The translations under genes and the position numbers were made by a program. The notes below the pieces were generated by a model. It was not told the origin of the DNA and made no database searches. It worked only from the letters and a program-made list of their open reading frames with translations. Below, in pieces: positions 9,333-18,829 of a stretch of 32,000 bases of DNA. Each line of letters opens with the position of its first letter. Position 1 is the first letter of the stretch. This DNA comes from Vibrio vulnificus CMCP6 (GTDB lineage: Bacteria > Pseudomonadota > Gammaproteobacteria > Enterobacterales > Vibrionaceae): NCBI RefSeq assembly GCF_000039765.1, contig NC_004459.3:2451127-2483126 (forward strand), in the 5' to 3' direction.

Positions 9333-9461
9333 ACATAACAAACGCCTCAAGAGGGACTGTCAACGCGTGGCGTTTCCAGTCCCATTGAGCCGCGGTGGTT
9401 GCAGTTGTTGCGTTTGAGTTTAGTGGTAATGCGTTGCCAGCCCCTTAGGCGGGCGTTAGGC
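9333..9461 (+). repeat. attC site 15 (distinct GC-richer subtype)
   Basis: ACATAACAAACGCCTCAAGAGGGACTGTCAACGCG...GTTAGGC. Confidence 0.93.
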
Positions 9462-9491
9462 ATCAGTGGCAATTATTCAGAAACTAATATT

Positions 9492-10070
9492 ATGAAAGAT
9501 ATATTTAAACCAGTCTTAGATGACAATGAAGAAGTACTGTGGGTGGAAAAGCCTTATTTTATAGCATACATGCTAAATGCTTCTTTTGTGTTCTTATGCG
9601 GAATCCCACTATTTTTATTTTTAGGTAGGTCGTCCTCGGAACTTTTTCCTACAGATCCGGTGCAGCTTTTATCTGAGGGGTGTGTCATGTGGTTTGGTTT
9701 AGCGCTAATAATATACAAGTTACTAGTGTATCCAAACACGTTCTATGCGTATTCTAATAAGCGGCTTCTCTTTCGAAGTGGTTTTATGGGTATTGATTAC
9801 AAAGTGATTGATTACGATAAGATCACAAATGCTGAAGTTAATATTAATCCAATTGAGAGTTTGTTTAACGTTGGAACAATCAAGATTTTTTGTGGTGAAG
9901 TCGGCGGTAAAGGTCAACAAATCACTAATGATATAATAGCGATCCCTTACCCAAATGATACATTCAAAAATATCAAACAAGTTTCTATCGATGTTAAGTC
10001 TGACTTGCACTATCCCAACTCACTCCGACCTGAAGAGAACCCCGGTTACAAGACCAAATACAAAAAATGA
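9492..10070 (+). CDS. Membrane protein with bacterial PH-like domain
   Basis: Two TMs, then YAYSNKRLLFRSGFMGIDYKVIDYDKITNAEV... Confidence 0.7.
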   Translation: MKDIFKPVLDDNEEVLWVEKPYFIAYMLNASFVFLCGIPLFLFLGRSSSELFPTDPVQLLSEGCVMWFGLALIIYKLLVYPNTFYAYSNKRLLFRSGFMGIDYKVIDYDKITNAEVNINPIESLFNVGTIKIFCGEVGGKGQQITNDIIAIPYPNDTFKNIKQVSIDVKSDLHYPNSLRPEENPGYKTKYKK

Positions 10071-10090
10071 TTGATTTTGTTGGGTAAGAT

Positions 10091-10216
10091 GCCTAACAAA
10101 CTGTTCAAGAGGGATTCGCAACGCGTGGCATTGTCACTATGCGTTGGTTTAAGTGTTTAAGGAGGCATGCAGCGGCATCGGTATTGCGTTGCTCACCCCT
10201 TAACAGGGCGTTATAT
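10091..10216 (+). repeat. attC site 16
   Basis: GCCTAAC...GTTATAT. Confidence 0.95.
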
Positions 10217-10239
10217 GCTTTATCAGTTCAGGAGAAGAA

Positions 10240-10611
10240 ATGGATATTTTAGTGGAACAAGAAATCGAACTTCATCAGTATGAGATACGTAAAAATAGAG
10301 CTGATATTGAACGCCTAATTCACCCGAGTTTTACTGAAGTTGGTAAATCAGGTAACAGTTTTAACTTTAACTCGATAATCGAAATGATGAGTTCAGAAAA
10401 GCCTTCGAATTTTCATGTTCATTCGCAAAAATATGAATGTATTCAACTTGAGCCGTCAGTTCAGCTTCTTAAATATGAATCAGCTTTAGTCAAAGAGTCT
10501 GGTGAAGTAAGCGATTATGCTAAACGTTGTTCTATTTGGGCTTTTACCGGGAGCTGCTGGCAGTTGAAGTATCATCAAGGAACGCCATGCGCGGCTTTTG
10601 AACTGATATAA
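10240..10611 (+). CDS. Putative NTF2/SnoaL-like (DUF4440-type) protein
   Basis: Ex-HPSFTEVGKSG... pattern and size; ORF after GGAGAAG. Confidence 0.6.
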   Translation: MDILVEQEIELHQYEIRKNRADIERLIHPSFTEVGKSGNSFNFNSIIEMMSSEKPSNFHVHSQKYECIQLEPSVQLLKYESALVKESGEVSDYAKRCSIWAFTGSCWQLKYHQGTPCAAFELI

Positions 10612-10632
10612 AGCTAGGCTTGGTGGTCAGGC

Positions 10633-10760
10633 ATATAACAAACAATTTAAGAGGGATTCCCAACGCTTGGCATTTTTGCTTCTACTTCAATTTTAGTGGT
10701 TACGGTACAATGTTTTAGGTTGGGTGGTAGCGTTGCTCACCCCTTAATTGGGCGTTATAC
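10633..10760 (+). repeat. attC site 17
   Basis: ATATAAC...GTTATAC. Confidence 0.95.
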
Positions 10761-10776
10761 CGCAAAGGAGAAATCA

Positions 10777-11238
10777 ATGATAAAGCAAATAAGCGGTACA
10801 GATCAGTCGCTCTTATCTCTATCAAAAACAACCTTCTCCGAGCTAAGAAGAATCTATCGCCCGACTTCCGAAGCCCACAGAAATCCAGTTAGTTCAACAG
10901 ATGAGTGGACTTGTTTGGGGTACTATTTGGATGACAAGTTAGTGGGTATTATAAAAGCTAAATTGTCTGGCAATATGCTTAATTTAAGTACACTTGCTGT
11001 CATGTCTGAGTACCGTAAAAGAGGTGTCGCTCGAAACTTAATTTTAGAGGCAGAGCGTATGTTCTCATCGGCAGATTTACTCTCAGTTTGGTGTGTTGAG
11101 CAAACTGGAAACGTGGAGATCTTTGAGGCATTAGGTTTCAAGGTTGCGGAGCGGGTTGCATCAGGTATTTTTGGGTTGGCTGACAACTCAAACGCTAAAG
11201 CAGTAGAAGTTCGTTTGGAGCGGCAGGCAGCGGTATAA
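10777..11238 (+). CDS. GNAT-family N-acetyltransferase
   Basis: LSTLAVMSEYRKRGVARNLILEAE...NVEIFEALGFKV; start trimmed to ATG 10777. Confidence 0.88.
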   Translation: MIKQISGTDQSLLSLSKTTFSELRRIYRPTSEAHRNPVSSTDEWTCLGYYLDDKLVGIIKAKLSGNMLNLSTLAVMSEYRKRGVARNLILEAERMFSSADLLSVWCVEQTGNVEIFEALGFKVAERVASGIFGLADNSNAKAVEVRLERQAAV

Positions 11239-11358
11239 CAAATTGTTCAAGAGTGATTCGGCACGCGTGGCATTTTTACCATGCGTCAGGTTTTGTGGTT
11301 AAGGTGATATGCGGAGGCTTCGGTATTGCGTGCCTCACACCTTAACAAGGCGTTATGT
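11233..11358 (+). repeat. attC site 18
   Basis: GTATAAC...GTTATGT; contains upstream CDS stop. Confidence 0.95.
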
Positions 11359-11369
11359 GCTTGATGGAA

Positions 11370-11401
11370 AAACCCTACAATCTAGATCAACTGTAGGGTT
11401 T
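11370..11401 (-). terminator. Rho-independent terminator of the reverse-strand gene
   Basis: AAACCCTACA-12 nt loop-TGTAGGGTTT, followed on minus strand by T-run. Confidence 0.85.
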
Positions 11402-11422
11402 ATGTAGTGTAGATATGATTGA

Positions 11423-11623
11423 CTAAGACGCATGTTTTCTGAGCTCGTGTGGGTAAACTCTCATTCCATTTAAGGTGTTTTCGTACACAGAGAGCTCTTG
11501 AATGTAAGACCAAACGTGAGCGTCTGTGCTGGTTTGTGCCGCTAGACGAGAGATCACAGCGTCGATATTGCGGCCTGCATAATCTTTGTGAGGAACGAAC
11601 AAATCCCTTATAGCTGACAACAT
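11423..11623 (-). CDS. Hypothetical protein (66 aa), antisense to array direction
   Basis: ATG at 11623 preceded by AAGGAG; followed by terminator. Confidence 0.75.
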   Translation of the reverse strand: MLSAIRDLFVPHKDYAGRNIDAVISRLAAQTSTDAHVWSYIQELSVYENTLNGMRVYPHELRKHAS

Positions 11624-11762
11624 AGTTAACTCCTTGTGTAATAAAATTACAGTGTTGTATAAATAAAACGTAGTAGGGTTTGTTTGTATGATCAAGTTAG
11701 GCGCATAAATTTAATTTAGATTTCATAATTGTAATTTTATGGTCAGACTACGCAGGGTACGC

Positions 11763-11890
11763 ACATAACAAAGCATTTAAGAGTGATTCCCAACGCTTGG
11801 CATTCTCATCTCAAGGTTGGTTTTGTGTTTACGGTGCAATGGTTTAAGTTAGGTGGTTAGCGTTGCTCACACCTTAATGCGGCGTTATGC
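11763..11890 (+). repeat. attC site 19
   Basis: ACATAAC...GTTATGC. Confidence 0.95.
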
Positions 11891-12235
11891 TTAATCACGT
11901 AAAATCAGTGGTTTATGGTTTTTCTTTGTTCCCTCGGCTGGTTGATTTCGAGTTTGTCGGCAAGTTAGCTTCATTGGGCGCTGTTTTCTGGACATTTATT
12001 CTTTGGCGCTGAAAATTCAGAGCGTTGCCTCAGTCAATTTTCGGGTAAGCGCGAGGTTAGGGAAGTTGGCTCAATCAGCAATTTTATCTTAGGTTTTTGA
12101 GTTTTAGCGGCCGAATTTCAAAGCCCAGATTTCCAAAACTATGAGTCATTTCGGTTTTCTATGTTTTGGCTTTTGTTTGTAAATCAAAGTCGAGTTAATC
12201 TTGTTTCTAGTAAAACGTAACCCATTGAAGCTTAA
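11891..12235 (+). other. Non-coding cassette family A copy 2
   Basis: Close match to 5847-6191 and other copies. Confidence 0.85.
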
Positions 12236-12362
12236 GCATAACAAGGCGTTTAAGTGGGATTTGGCACGCGTGGCATTTTCAGTTTGCGTTGGGTTCAGTG
12301 GTTACGGTACTGTGCGGTAGCTTTTGTATTGCGTGCCTGCACCCCTTAACGCAGCGTTATGT
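12236..12362 (+). repeat. attC site 20
   Basis: GCATAAC...GTTATGT. Confidence 0.95.
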
Positions 12363-12708
12363 TTAATCACGTAAAATCAGTTGGTTGCACTCTTTTTTGC
12401 TCACGCAGCTTTCAAGTTTTTCCCTTGTCGGCAAGTTAACATCGTTGATCGCTGTTTTCTGGACTCCAATTCGTGGGCGCTAAAAATTCAGAGAGTTGCC
12501 TCATTGAAATGTAGTGTTTGGGTGAGGCGAGTGCAGCTTGCTCAGTTTTAAAGTTAGAGCTTCAGGTTTTCGTTTTCTAACATTGCAACTCAAAGTAAAT
12601 CCAATTAATTTTATTAGTTAATTCAGTTTTTTAGGCTGTGGCTTTGGTGTGTAAAGGTAAGTCGAGTTAAGCTCTTGGTATCGTAAAACTTAACCCTTTG
12701 AGTCTTAA
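12363..12708 (+). other. Non-coding cassette family A, subtype A' copy 2
   Basis: Close match to 6319-6654. Confidence 0.8.
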
Positions 12709-12835
12709 ACATAACAAGGCGTTCAAGTGGGATTCATGCCGCGTGGCATTTTTGGTATGCGGTTGGTTTTGGTGGTGAAAGTGGTGTGCGGAAAGCTGGT
12801 TTAGGCGGCATTCACCCCTTAACGCGGCGTTAGGC
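12709..12835 (+). repeat. attC site 21
   Basis: ACATAAC...GTTAGGC. Confidence 0.95.
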
Positions 12836-12848
12836 AATAGAGGTAAAA

Positions 12849-13772
12849 ATGAGCATTAGCGATATAAAAGATCTGATTCAAATATTTGGAAGTTTTGGCA
12901 TTGGAGCAATAATAGGGGCTGGCTTTCTCTTTTTTGTATTAAAGTCATTCTTACCCGCTTATTTTACCGAAAAAGCTAAGAATCTCGCGACGAAAGAAGA
13001 TATTGGAGAAATTACTAGTGAAGTTGAACAAGTCAAATCTGGTTATGCAGAGATGCTTGAAGAGGTTAAAAGTAACCATCAATTGAGACTAGCATCAATT
13101 GAAAGAGAAAAGCTCCTTAAGAAAGAAGTATACCTAGATAGTGTAGAAGCATTGACTAAGTATCAAGGCGCTTTAGGTTTGATGGCAAACCTTGATATTT
13201 CGAACCAGATAATAGCGGACTCATTTTCAGAGAACGCAGCTCAGATTGCTAAAATCACTCTGGTTGGGACGGAAATAACGGTAAAGAATTTAACTAACTT
13301 CACCGGTGAAGTAGGTGTAGCATATATGAGTCTTTTCCTCGAACGTGGTCTATTAATAAACCGTAAGGTTCATATCGAGTTCTTAGAAACTTATAGAAAA
13401 AAGCACAATGATGAAATCGAGCGCTGCTTAACCATTATGAAAAACATGAACTTAGATGGCGTCAGAGATGAAGGTGCATGGGGGCGTGTAAATCTTGCTT
13501 TTGAAAATGAGTGTAAGTCGCGAGATCAGATAGCATCTGAAATTGATGCGAATTGGGCTGTTCAAAATGAAGAACATTTTAAGTTTACTGAGCGTTGTAT
13601 GTCTGAGTTTTTTCGAGTCAATGACTTAACTCCTCACCTCCTTCTTTCTGTGCGAGAGGAGTTAGATCTTGAGCTAGATGAAAGTGAGTATATTAAAATT
13701 CACGCAGCTAATTCACAGAAAGGTCGTGCAGTTTTCGAAACTTTTATGAGCAACCTGCAAAATATTGCCTAA
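12849..13772 (+). CDS. Membrane-anchored coiled-coil hypothetical protein (307 aa)
   Basis: N-terminal TM then long charged helical segment. Confidence 0.8.
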   Translation: MSISDIKDLIQIFGSFGIGAIIGAGFLFFVLKSFLPAYFTEKAKNLATKEDIGEITSEVEQVKSGYAEMLEEVKSNHQLRLASIEREKLLKKEVYLDSVEALTKYQGALGLMANLDISNQIIADSFSENAAQIAKITLVGTEITVKNLTNFTGEVGVAYMSLFLERGLLINRKVHIEFLETYRKKHNDEIERCLTIMKNMNLDGVRDEGAWGRVNLAFENECKSRDQIASEIDANWAVQNEEHFKFTERCMSEFFRVNDLTPHLLLSVREELDLELDESEYIKIHAANSQKGRAVFETFMSNLQNIA

Positions 13773-13895
13773 CAAAGCATTTAAGAGTGATTCGCAACGC
13801 TTGGCATTTTTCACTCCATCGTTGGGTTTTGTGTTTACGGTGGCATTGTTTAGGTTAGGTGGTAGCGTTGCTCACACCTTAATGCGGCGTTATAC
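13767..13895 (+). repeat. attC site 22
   Basis: GCCTAAC...GTTATAC. Confidence 0.95.
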
Positions 13896-13922
13896 CTTTA
13901 TCTGTAGTTATTTGGAGTCAGA

Positions 13923-14555
13923 GTGTTTTCAGATTTATTAAGAATATTAAAAGTGCTTTTTTCTGGCTTGGAGAAAGTAAAATCTATCTCTGATGATGCC
14001 CAAAGGCAAAAAGCACATGTACAAATATTTTCGACATACTTTGTCTTAAAAGACATGACCGAAGATGCCTTACGTCTTATGAACAGCTGTGGGTGGGATC
14101 CTGTTCATTATATCGGGTCACTCAAAGATGAAGACTTGAAGCCGTATCTCTCAGTTTGTGACTGTATTCTCCGTGAGCAAGGGGCTAGGCTATATGTGCT
14201 CCAGCAAGCCATCTTTTCAGATTCATGCCTTGCTTTCAAAGACTATGAGTTGCAGAAGCGGTTAAGGGAAATAATTGGTCATAAAAGTGATCGAGTACGG
14301 ACTCTACATGGTGCAGCTTCTGGCTTGGTTATTAATGCAATGCTGCCGACTTGTGAAACACCAGAAGACCGCATTGAATTAATATTAAGCATGTCTGGTG
14401 TAGATCCTGATGCAGTTAATGCTAAAGAAATCGAAATAGAGATCAGAGAGTTTGAATCGTTACTTACTCGTTATAAAGAGTACGCGGAACAGCTTGTAGA
14501 ACCATCAAACTTGATAAAAGTAATAGAAAAAGCCCGTTCAAATGCAAATGGTTAG
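13923..14555 (+). CDS. Hypothetical protein (210 aa)
   Basis: GTG start after GGAG; ORF fills cassette. Confidence 0.75.
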   Translation: MFSDLLRILKVLFSGLEKVKSISDDAQRQKAHVQIFSTYFVLKDMTEDALRLMNSCGWDPVHYIGSLKDEDLKPYLSVCDCILREQGARLYVLQQAIFSDSCLAFKDYELQKRLREIIGHKSDRVRTLHGAASGLVINAMLPTCETPEDRIELILSMSGVDPDAVNAKEIEIEIREFESLLTRYKEYAEQLVEPSNLIKVIEKARSNANG

Positions 14556-14560
14556 AACAG

Positions 14561-14686
14561 GTATAACAAACTGTTTAAGAGGGATTCGCAACGCGTGGCA
14601 TTTTTACTGTGCGTTGGTTTTAGTGTTTAAGGTGGTATGCAGCGACTTTGGTATTGCGTTGCTCACCCCTTAACAGAGCGTTATGT
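14561..14686 (+). repeat. attC site 23
   Basis: GTATAAC...GTTATGT. Confidence 0.95.
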
Positions 14687-15019
14687 TTAATTACGTAAAA
14701 TCAGCAGCTTGCATCTTTTCTTGGATTTCTAATTTTGGCTTTGTCGGCAAGTTAACTTCAGTGGTCGCTGTTTTCTGGACTCCAAATTGTGGGCGCTAAA
14801 AATTCTGCGAGTTGCCTCAGTCAATTTTCGGATAAGCACGAGGTTAGGGTGGCTGGCTCAATCGGAAATTTGATCTTAGTTTTTTGAATTTTGACTGTTA
14901 AGTTCAAAGTTTGATTTTCAAAATTTTGAGTCGTTTCAGTTTTTAGGTTTTGGCTTTTGTTTGTAAATCAAAGCAGAGTTAATCTTGGTTTTGGTAAAAC
15001 GTAAGCCCTTGAAGCTTAA
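14687..15019 (+). other. Non-coding cassette family A, subtype A' copy 3
   Basis: Match to 6319-6654 and 12363-12708. Confidence 0.8.
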
Positions 15020-15146
15020 ACATAACAAGGCGTTCAAGTGGGATTCATGCCGCGTGGCATTTTTGGTATGCAGTGAGTTTTGGCGGTGAAAGTGGTCTGC
15101 GGAAAGTTGGTTTAGGCGGCATTCACCCCTTAACGCAGCGTTAGTT
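15020..15146 (+). repeat. attC site 24
   Basis: ACATAAC...GTTAGTT. Confidence 0.95.
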
Positions 15147-15505
15147 GCCAACGAGGAAAAATGTACCTGAAGCAGAATGTTTAGGGCTAATGTCGATGTG
15201 TTTTTGGCTAGGTTTTCGTATTTCCATTTCTAGTTATTTGGATTTGTGAAAATCGTGTTTTGGTTCCTTGTGCGGTTTGGGTTTTCTGCTGCAGACGCTG
15301 ATTAGCTTGTTGAAAGTCTGCTCTGCTGTATTGTCGTTCCAAAAGGTTTGTTTGGTGTTCAAAGTCCGTTTTCTACGGCGTTGTAAATTCCAAGTGGTTT
15401 CAGTGACAGACGCTTTGAAACTGCGCCTGATTTGAGTTTTCAGAACACATAACCTTAGTGTTGGCAAAGCGGTAATTGACTTCAAATGAAAGCGTTAGGC
15501 TTGGC
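15147..15505 (+). other. Non-coding cassette family B copy 1
   Basis: TTAGTTGCCAACGAGGAAAA start; TTCTACGGCGTTG...TTTCAGTGACAGACGCTTTGAAACTGCGCCTGA core. Confidence 0.82.
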
Positions 15506-15634
15506 AACTAACAAAGCATTCAAGAGGGACAGTCAACGCGTGGCGAGTTTGGTTTAAATCTTGGCATCTGTGTTTACGGTGTTAAATTGAAGTTCTGTGG
15601 TAGCGCGTTGCTGCCCCTTAATGCGGCGTTAAGC
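15506..15634 (+). repeat. attC site 25
   Basis: AACTAAC...GTTAAGC. Confidence 0.92.
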
Positions 15635-15648
15635 TACTAGGAGAAAAT

Positions 15649-16176
15649 ATGGCACGAGTTAGAGTATATCCACACAATGATTTGATGAATCTTGCGCATT
15701 ATCAGAGAGAAACTATTCGTAATAAGTTAGCAAGCGATGAAGAATATGCATTAGCTTTAGATTGTTTATCATGTCTGATTTCATTGGCATTTTCAGTAGA
15801 AGCTCTCGTTAATTTCGTCGGTTCAAAGAGAGTTAAAGGGTGGGAAGAGCGCAAGCCTTACCATGACAAAATTTCTCAGGTGTGTTCTTCAGCAGGAGAA
15901 GAGTTTGATAAAAGTGTAGGTGTCTATAAATCGCTTTGGGAGCTGAAAGAATTGCGAGATTCAATCGCTCATGGGAAACCAATCGAATTTACTACAGATG
16001 TTAAAACTCGTGATGAATTACGCACGCAAATGCAATGCCCATGGGATAGCAGTTTGACTCCTGAACATGTAGAAACCAATTATGAAATCGTCAAAAATTT
16101 TGAACGAATGCTGTTTGAAAAATGTAAGATTAATATTGGTGAAACCGTTACCTCAGCGGTAATGGCGGGCAAGTAG
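15649..16176 (+). CDS. HEPN-motif protein (candidate RNase or toxin fold)
   Basis: ELRDSIAHGK matches Rx4H HEPN motif in an all-helical 175-aa protein. Confidence 0.6.
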   Translation: MARVRVYPHNDLMNLAHYQRETIRNKLASDEEYALALDCLSCLISLAFSVEALVNFVGSKRVKGWEERKPYHDKISQVCSSAGEEFDKSVGVYKSLWELKELRDSIAHGKPIEFTTDVKTRDELRTQMQCPWDSSLTPEHVETNYEIVKNFERMLFEKCKINIGETVTSAVMAGK

Positions 16177-16301
16177 CTTAACAATCTGTTTAAGAGTGAT
16201 TCGCAACGCTTGGCATTTTTGCTATGCGTTGCGTGTAGTGTTTAAGGTGGTATGCGATAGCTTCGGTATTGCGTTGCTCACACCTTAACAGGGCGTTAAG
16301 T
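16176..16301 (+). repeat. attC site 26
   Basis: GCTTAAC...GTTAAGT. Confidence 0.95.
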
Positions 16302-16317
16302 GTCAAAAGGAGAAATA

Positions 16318-16746
16318 ATGGCAGCAAATGGAGCAATATACATACAAAGAGATAATGTTGATCTAAAAGATGTATTTGATGATGTGACAAGCGACAAAGG
16401 TATATTTAGAAAGCCAACGTACTACGATGTCAAGTTAGGTGAGGATGTTGTTCGATTCAATATTATGGAATCTTCAGAAATTCCTAATCATATTGATGGT
16501 TTTCTTGGGTACATCGCTTCTTTGAACAATAGCGACGATAGAAAAGAGAATACTAGTTACGCAATTAGTCATACAAAAGTTGTGCTTGGACTAGTTTCTG
16601 ATACTGACTTTGAAGATAACCACAAGATCTGGCAAAGCCTATTTCAGATAGCAGACAAATATGACGGCTTTGTCTTCGTTTATGACAGCGTTCTTTTACC
16701 TAATGGGGCAGCCTTGGTTGGACCATTGGTACAAACAGACACTTAA
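16318..16746 (+). CDS. Hypothetical protein (142 aa)
   Basis: ATG 16318 after AAGGAG; stop in R''. Confidence 0.8.
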   Translation: MAANGAIYIQRDNVDLKDVFDDVTSDKGIFRKPTYYDVKLGEDVVRFNIMESSEIPNHIDGFLGYIASLNNSDDRKENTSYAISHTKVVLGLVSDTDFEDNHKIWQSLFQIADKYDGFVFVYDSVLLPNGAALVGPLVQTDT

Positions 16747-16868
16747 CAAAGCATTTAAGACGGATTCCCAACGCTCGGCATTTTTGGTTTGCTTCAACTT
16801 CGGTGTTTACGGCATCATACTTTAAGTTTGGTGGTCTGCGTTGCTCACCACTTAATGCGGCGTTATAA
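16741..16868 (+). repeat. attC site 27
   Basis: ACTTAAC...GTTATAA. Confidence 0.95.
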
Positions 16869-16882
16869 GCCAAAGAGGAAAT

Positions 16883-17251
16883 ATGGAAAATTCTTTAATA
16901 CTTGTTACTCTCAGTGCGGAGCAAATATCCCAAGCTAAAGCGGTCAATGGGCAGCGCAAACAGATTACCCATGCATTGCTTTGCGGTTCTTATGGGCAAA
17001 TGTTTGGTACTGAAAAACAGTGCTCGAAATACTACAACGTATGGAAAGATATTTTCCAAGACCTATTTTCCGAGTCAAAATCTGTGCAGGCTTGTGATGT
17101 GATTAATTATGAATCAACCTTTGATTTAGTGAACATTCTAATAGCTGCTGCTGACGAAAAGAAACAGGTTAATAAATGCATTAAACCAACTAAAGGTCAG
17201 AAACCTCAGCCAACAGAAAAGAAAGGGTTTTGGGCACGTATCTTTGGGTAG
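16883..17251 (+). CDS. Hypothetical protein (122 aa)
   Basis: ORF fills cassette; GAGG upstream. Confidence 0.78.
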   Translation: MENSLILVTLSAEQISQAKAVNGQRKQITHALLCGSYGQMFGTEKQCSKYYNVWKDIFQDLFSESKSVQACDVINYESTFDLVNILIAAADEKKQVNKCIKPTKGQKPQPTEKKGFWARIFG

Positions 17252-17253
17252 GC

Positions 17254-17381
17254 TTATAACAAGCAATTTAAGAGGGATTCACAACGCTTGGCATTTTGGG
17301 TTCTACTTCAAATTTAGTGTTTATGGCACAATGCTTTAGGTTGGGTGGTAGCGTTGTTCACCCCTTAATTGGGCGTTATGT
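17254..17381 (+). repeat. attC site 28
   Basis: TTATAAC...GTTATGT. Confidence 0.95.
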
Positions 17382-17392
17382 TTACAAGGAGT

Positions 17393-18052
17393 ATGATGAA
17401 AAAGGACAAATTTGCTCGAAAGCTTACAAAACTAGATGATCGTGCATATATACGGAGATGTATGTGGCCTGATTTAGATGTAAGGATAGAAAAAGAGTTT
17501 AAGACCTTTCAGAAAGAGTCTCTAGCTGCTTTTGGTGACGTGTACCTGACTCAATTGAAACAACGAAAAAAATACAGAAATTCAAACTTATTAAGTAGTC
17601 AGTTCCATAATGCAACATACGTAAAATTCGGTAGTAGAAGTCTAGGTATAGCTAAAATTCCAAATGAAAATAAGGAACCTTTGGCGATATGTAGTGAACG
17701 AAATGCGCAACTTTATTACACTCAAGGCTCAATTGGAGATGTTTTAGTAGTGCTTTCTCCGTACACCTCAGAGATCTACAATGTTCACGAAAAGAATATT
17801 GTCATTGCTAGATATAAACAACCTGTAGACATATCGCCTAGGTTGATTAATAAGCATCTAAAGGTTTTCAAAAAATATGCTTTGGCCTCGAGTCATGCCT
17901 CTGCTGGGTTATTATCGCCATACCTGTTTAGGCGTTGGCTACAGTTAAAAGATTTCAGGTACAAAGACAACAATAGAGCAGAACTGATACGTGTTATTGA
18001 AAGGGTTATTTTGGTCTCGCTTGCTGCAATTAGTGCTTGGTTGGCAAAATAA
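17393..18052 (+). CDS. Hypothetical protein with C-terminal hydrophobic tail (219 aa)
   Basis: ATG 17393 after AAGGAG; VILVSLAAISAWLAK tail. Confidence 0.75.
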   Translation: MMKKDKFARKLTKLDDRAYIRRCMWPDLDVRIEKEFKTFQKESLAAFGDVYLTQLKQRKKYRNSNLLSSQFHNATYVKFGSRSLGIAKIPNENKEPLAICSERNAQLYYTQGSIGDVLVVLSPYTSEIYNVHEKNIVIARYKQPVDISPRLINKHLKVFKKYALASSHASAGLLSPYLFRRWLQLKDFRYKDNNRAELIRVIERVILVSLAAISAWLAK

Positions 18053-18180
18053 ACATAACAAGCAATTTAAGAGGGATTCACAACGCTTGGCATTTTTGCT
18101 TCTACATCAAATTTAGTGTTTATGGCACAATCTTTTAGGTTGGGTGGTAGCGTTGTTCACCCCTTAATTGGGCGTTAGAA
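18053..18180 (+). repeat. attC site 29
   Basis: ACATAAC...GTTAGAA. Confidence 0.95.
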
Positions 18181-18197
18181 ATTACAAGGAATGTATC

Positions 18198-18677
18198 TTG
18201 CGTAAAAATAAGATTTTTTGGGGCTTATCAGCCCTATGTCTGAGTATGCCCATTGCAGCGAGTAGCGCAGACAAATTGCTGTTAGAAGCGAACTCAAAGT
18301 TAGCATTATCGTATTCACCTTATCGCCTTGCTGAAGTTGAAACTACCGATTCAAAGTCGGTATTTGGTCAAATAATGGCAGGAACTCCTGGGCAAACAAT
18401 TGCTGTAGTAGACAAACTTGTACTGAAAGATGTACTTGATAGTTTCCATCAAATGTGTGGCTATCAGCCAAGTCAAGTGACTGCCATAAATGTAGTCTCA
18501 CATAGCTACCCAGAGTTTTATGAAGTGTGGGAGTTTGATGACAACGACTCACATATGGACAACGGAAAGTCAGCTCTATCATTGGTTTTAAAAGCTTTAC
18601 CCAATAATGGTGGAACAGATATAGACATTTATGGGGATTGCCATCCCAAACCACTGAGTTTCACGAACCTAAAGTAA
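18198..18677 (+). CDS. Hypothetical exported protein
   Basis: TTG start after AAGGA; signal peptide RKNKIFWGLSALCLSMPIAASSA. Confidence 0.65.
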   Translation: MRKNKIFWGLSALCLSMPIAASSADKLLLEANSKLALSYSPYRLAEVETTDSKSVFGQIMAGTPGQTIAVVDKLVLKDVLDSFHQMCGYQPSQVTAINVVSHSYPEFYEVWEFDDNDSHMDNGKSALSLVLKALPNNGGTDIDIYGDCHPKPLSFTNLK

Positions 18678-18678
18678 T

Positions 18679-18805
18679 TTCTAACAAAGCATTTAAGAGG
18701 GATTCACAACGCTTGGCATTTTTGGTTTGAATCGGCTTTAGTGTTTACAGCACAATGGTTTAGGTTAGGTGGTGGCGTTGTTCACCCCTTAATGCGGCGT
18801 TATTC
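18679..18805 (+). repeat. attC site 30
   Basis: TTCTAAC...GTTATTC. Confidence 0.95.
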
Positions 18806-18829
18806 AGCTTAAGAAACTTCGAGGAAATA

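Noticed and set aside
14936-15151. Minus-strand ORF MATNAALRGECRLNQLSADH...; similar ORFs at 23587-23826 and 2519-2776
   Set aside because: Reads mainly through attC on the reverse strand. Similarity between them is due to repeat DNA, not protein conservation.
15234-15485. Minus-strand ORF in family B cassette
   Set aside because: No RBS, basic low-quality composition, and not maintained in the other family B copies.
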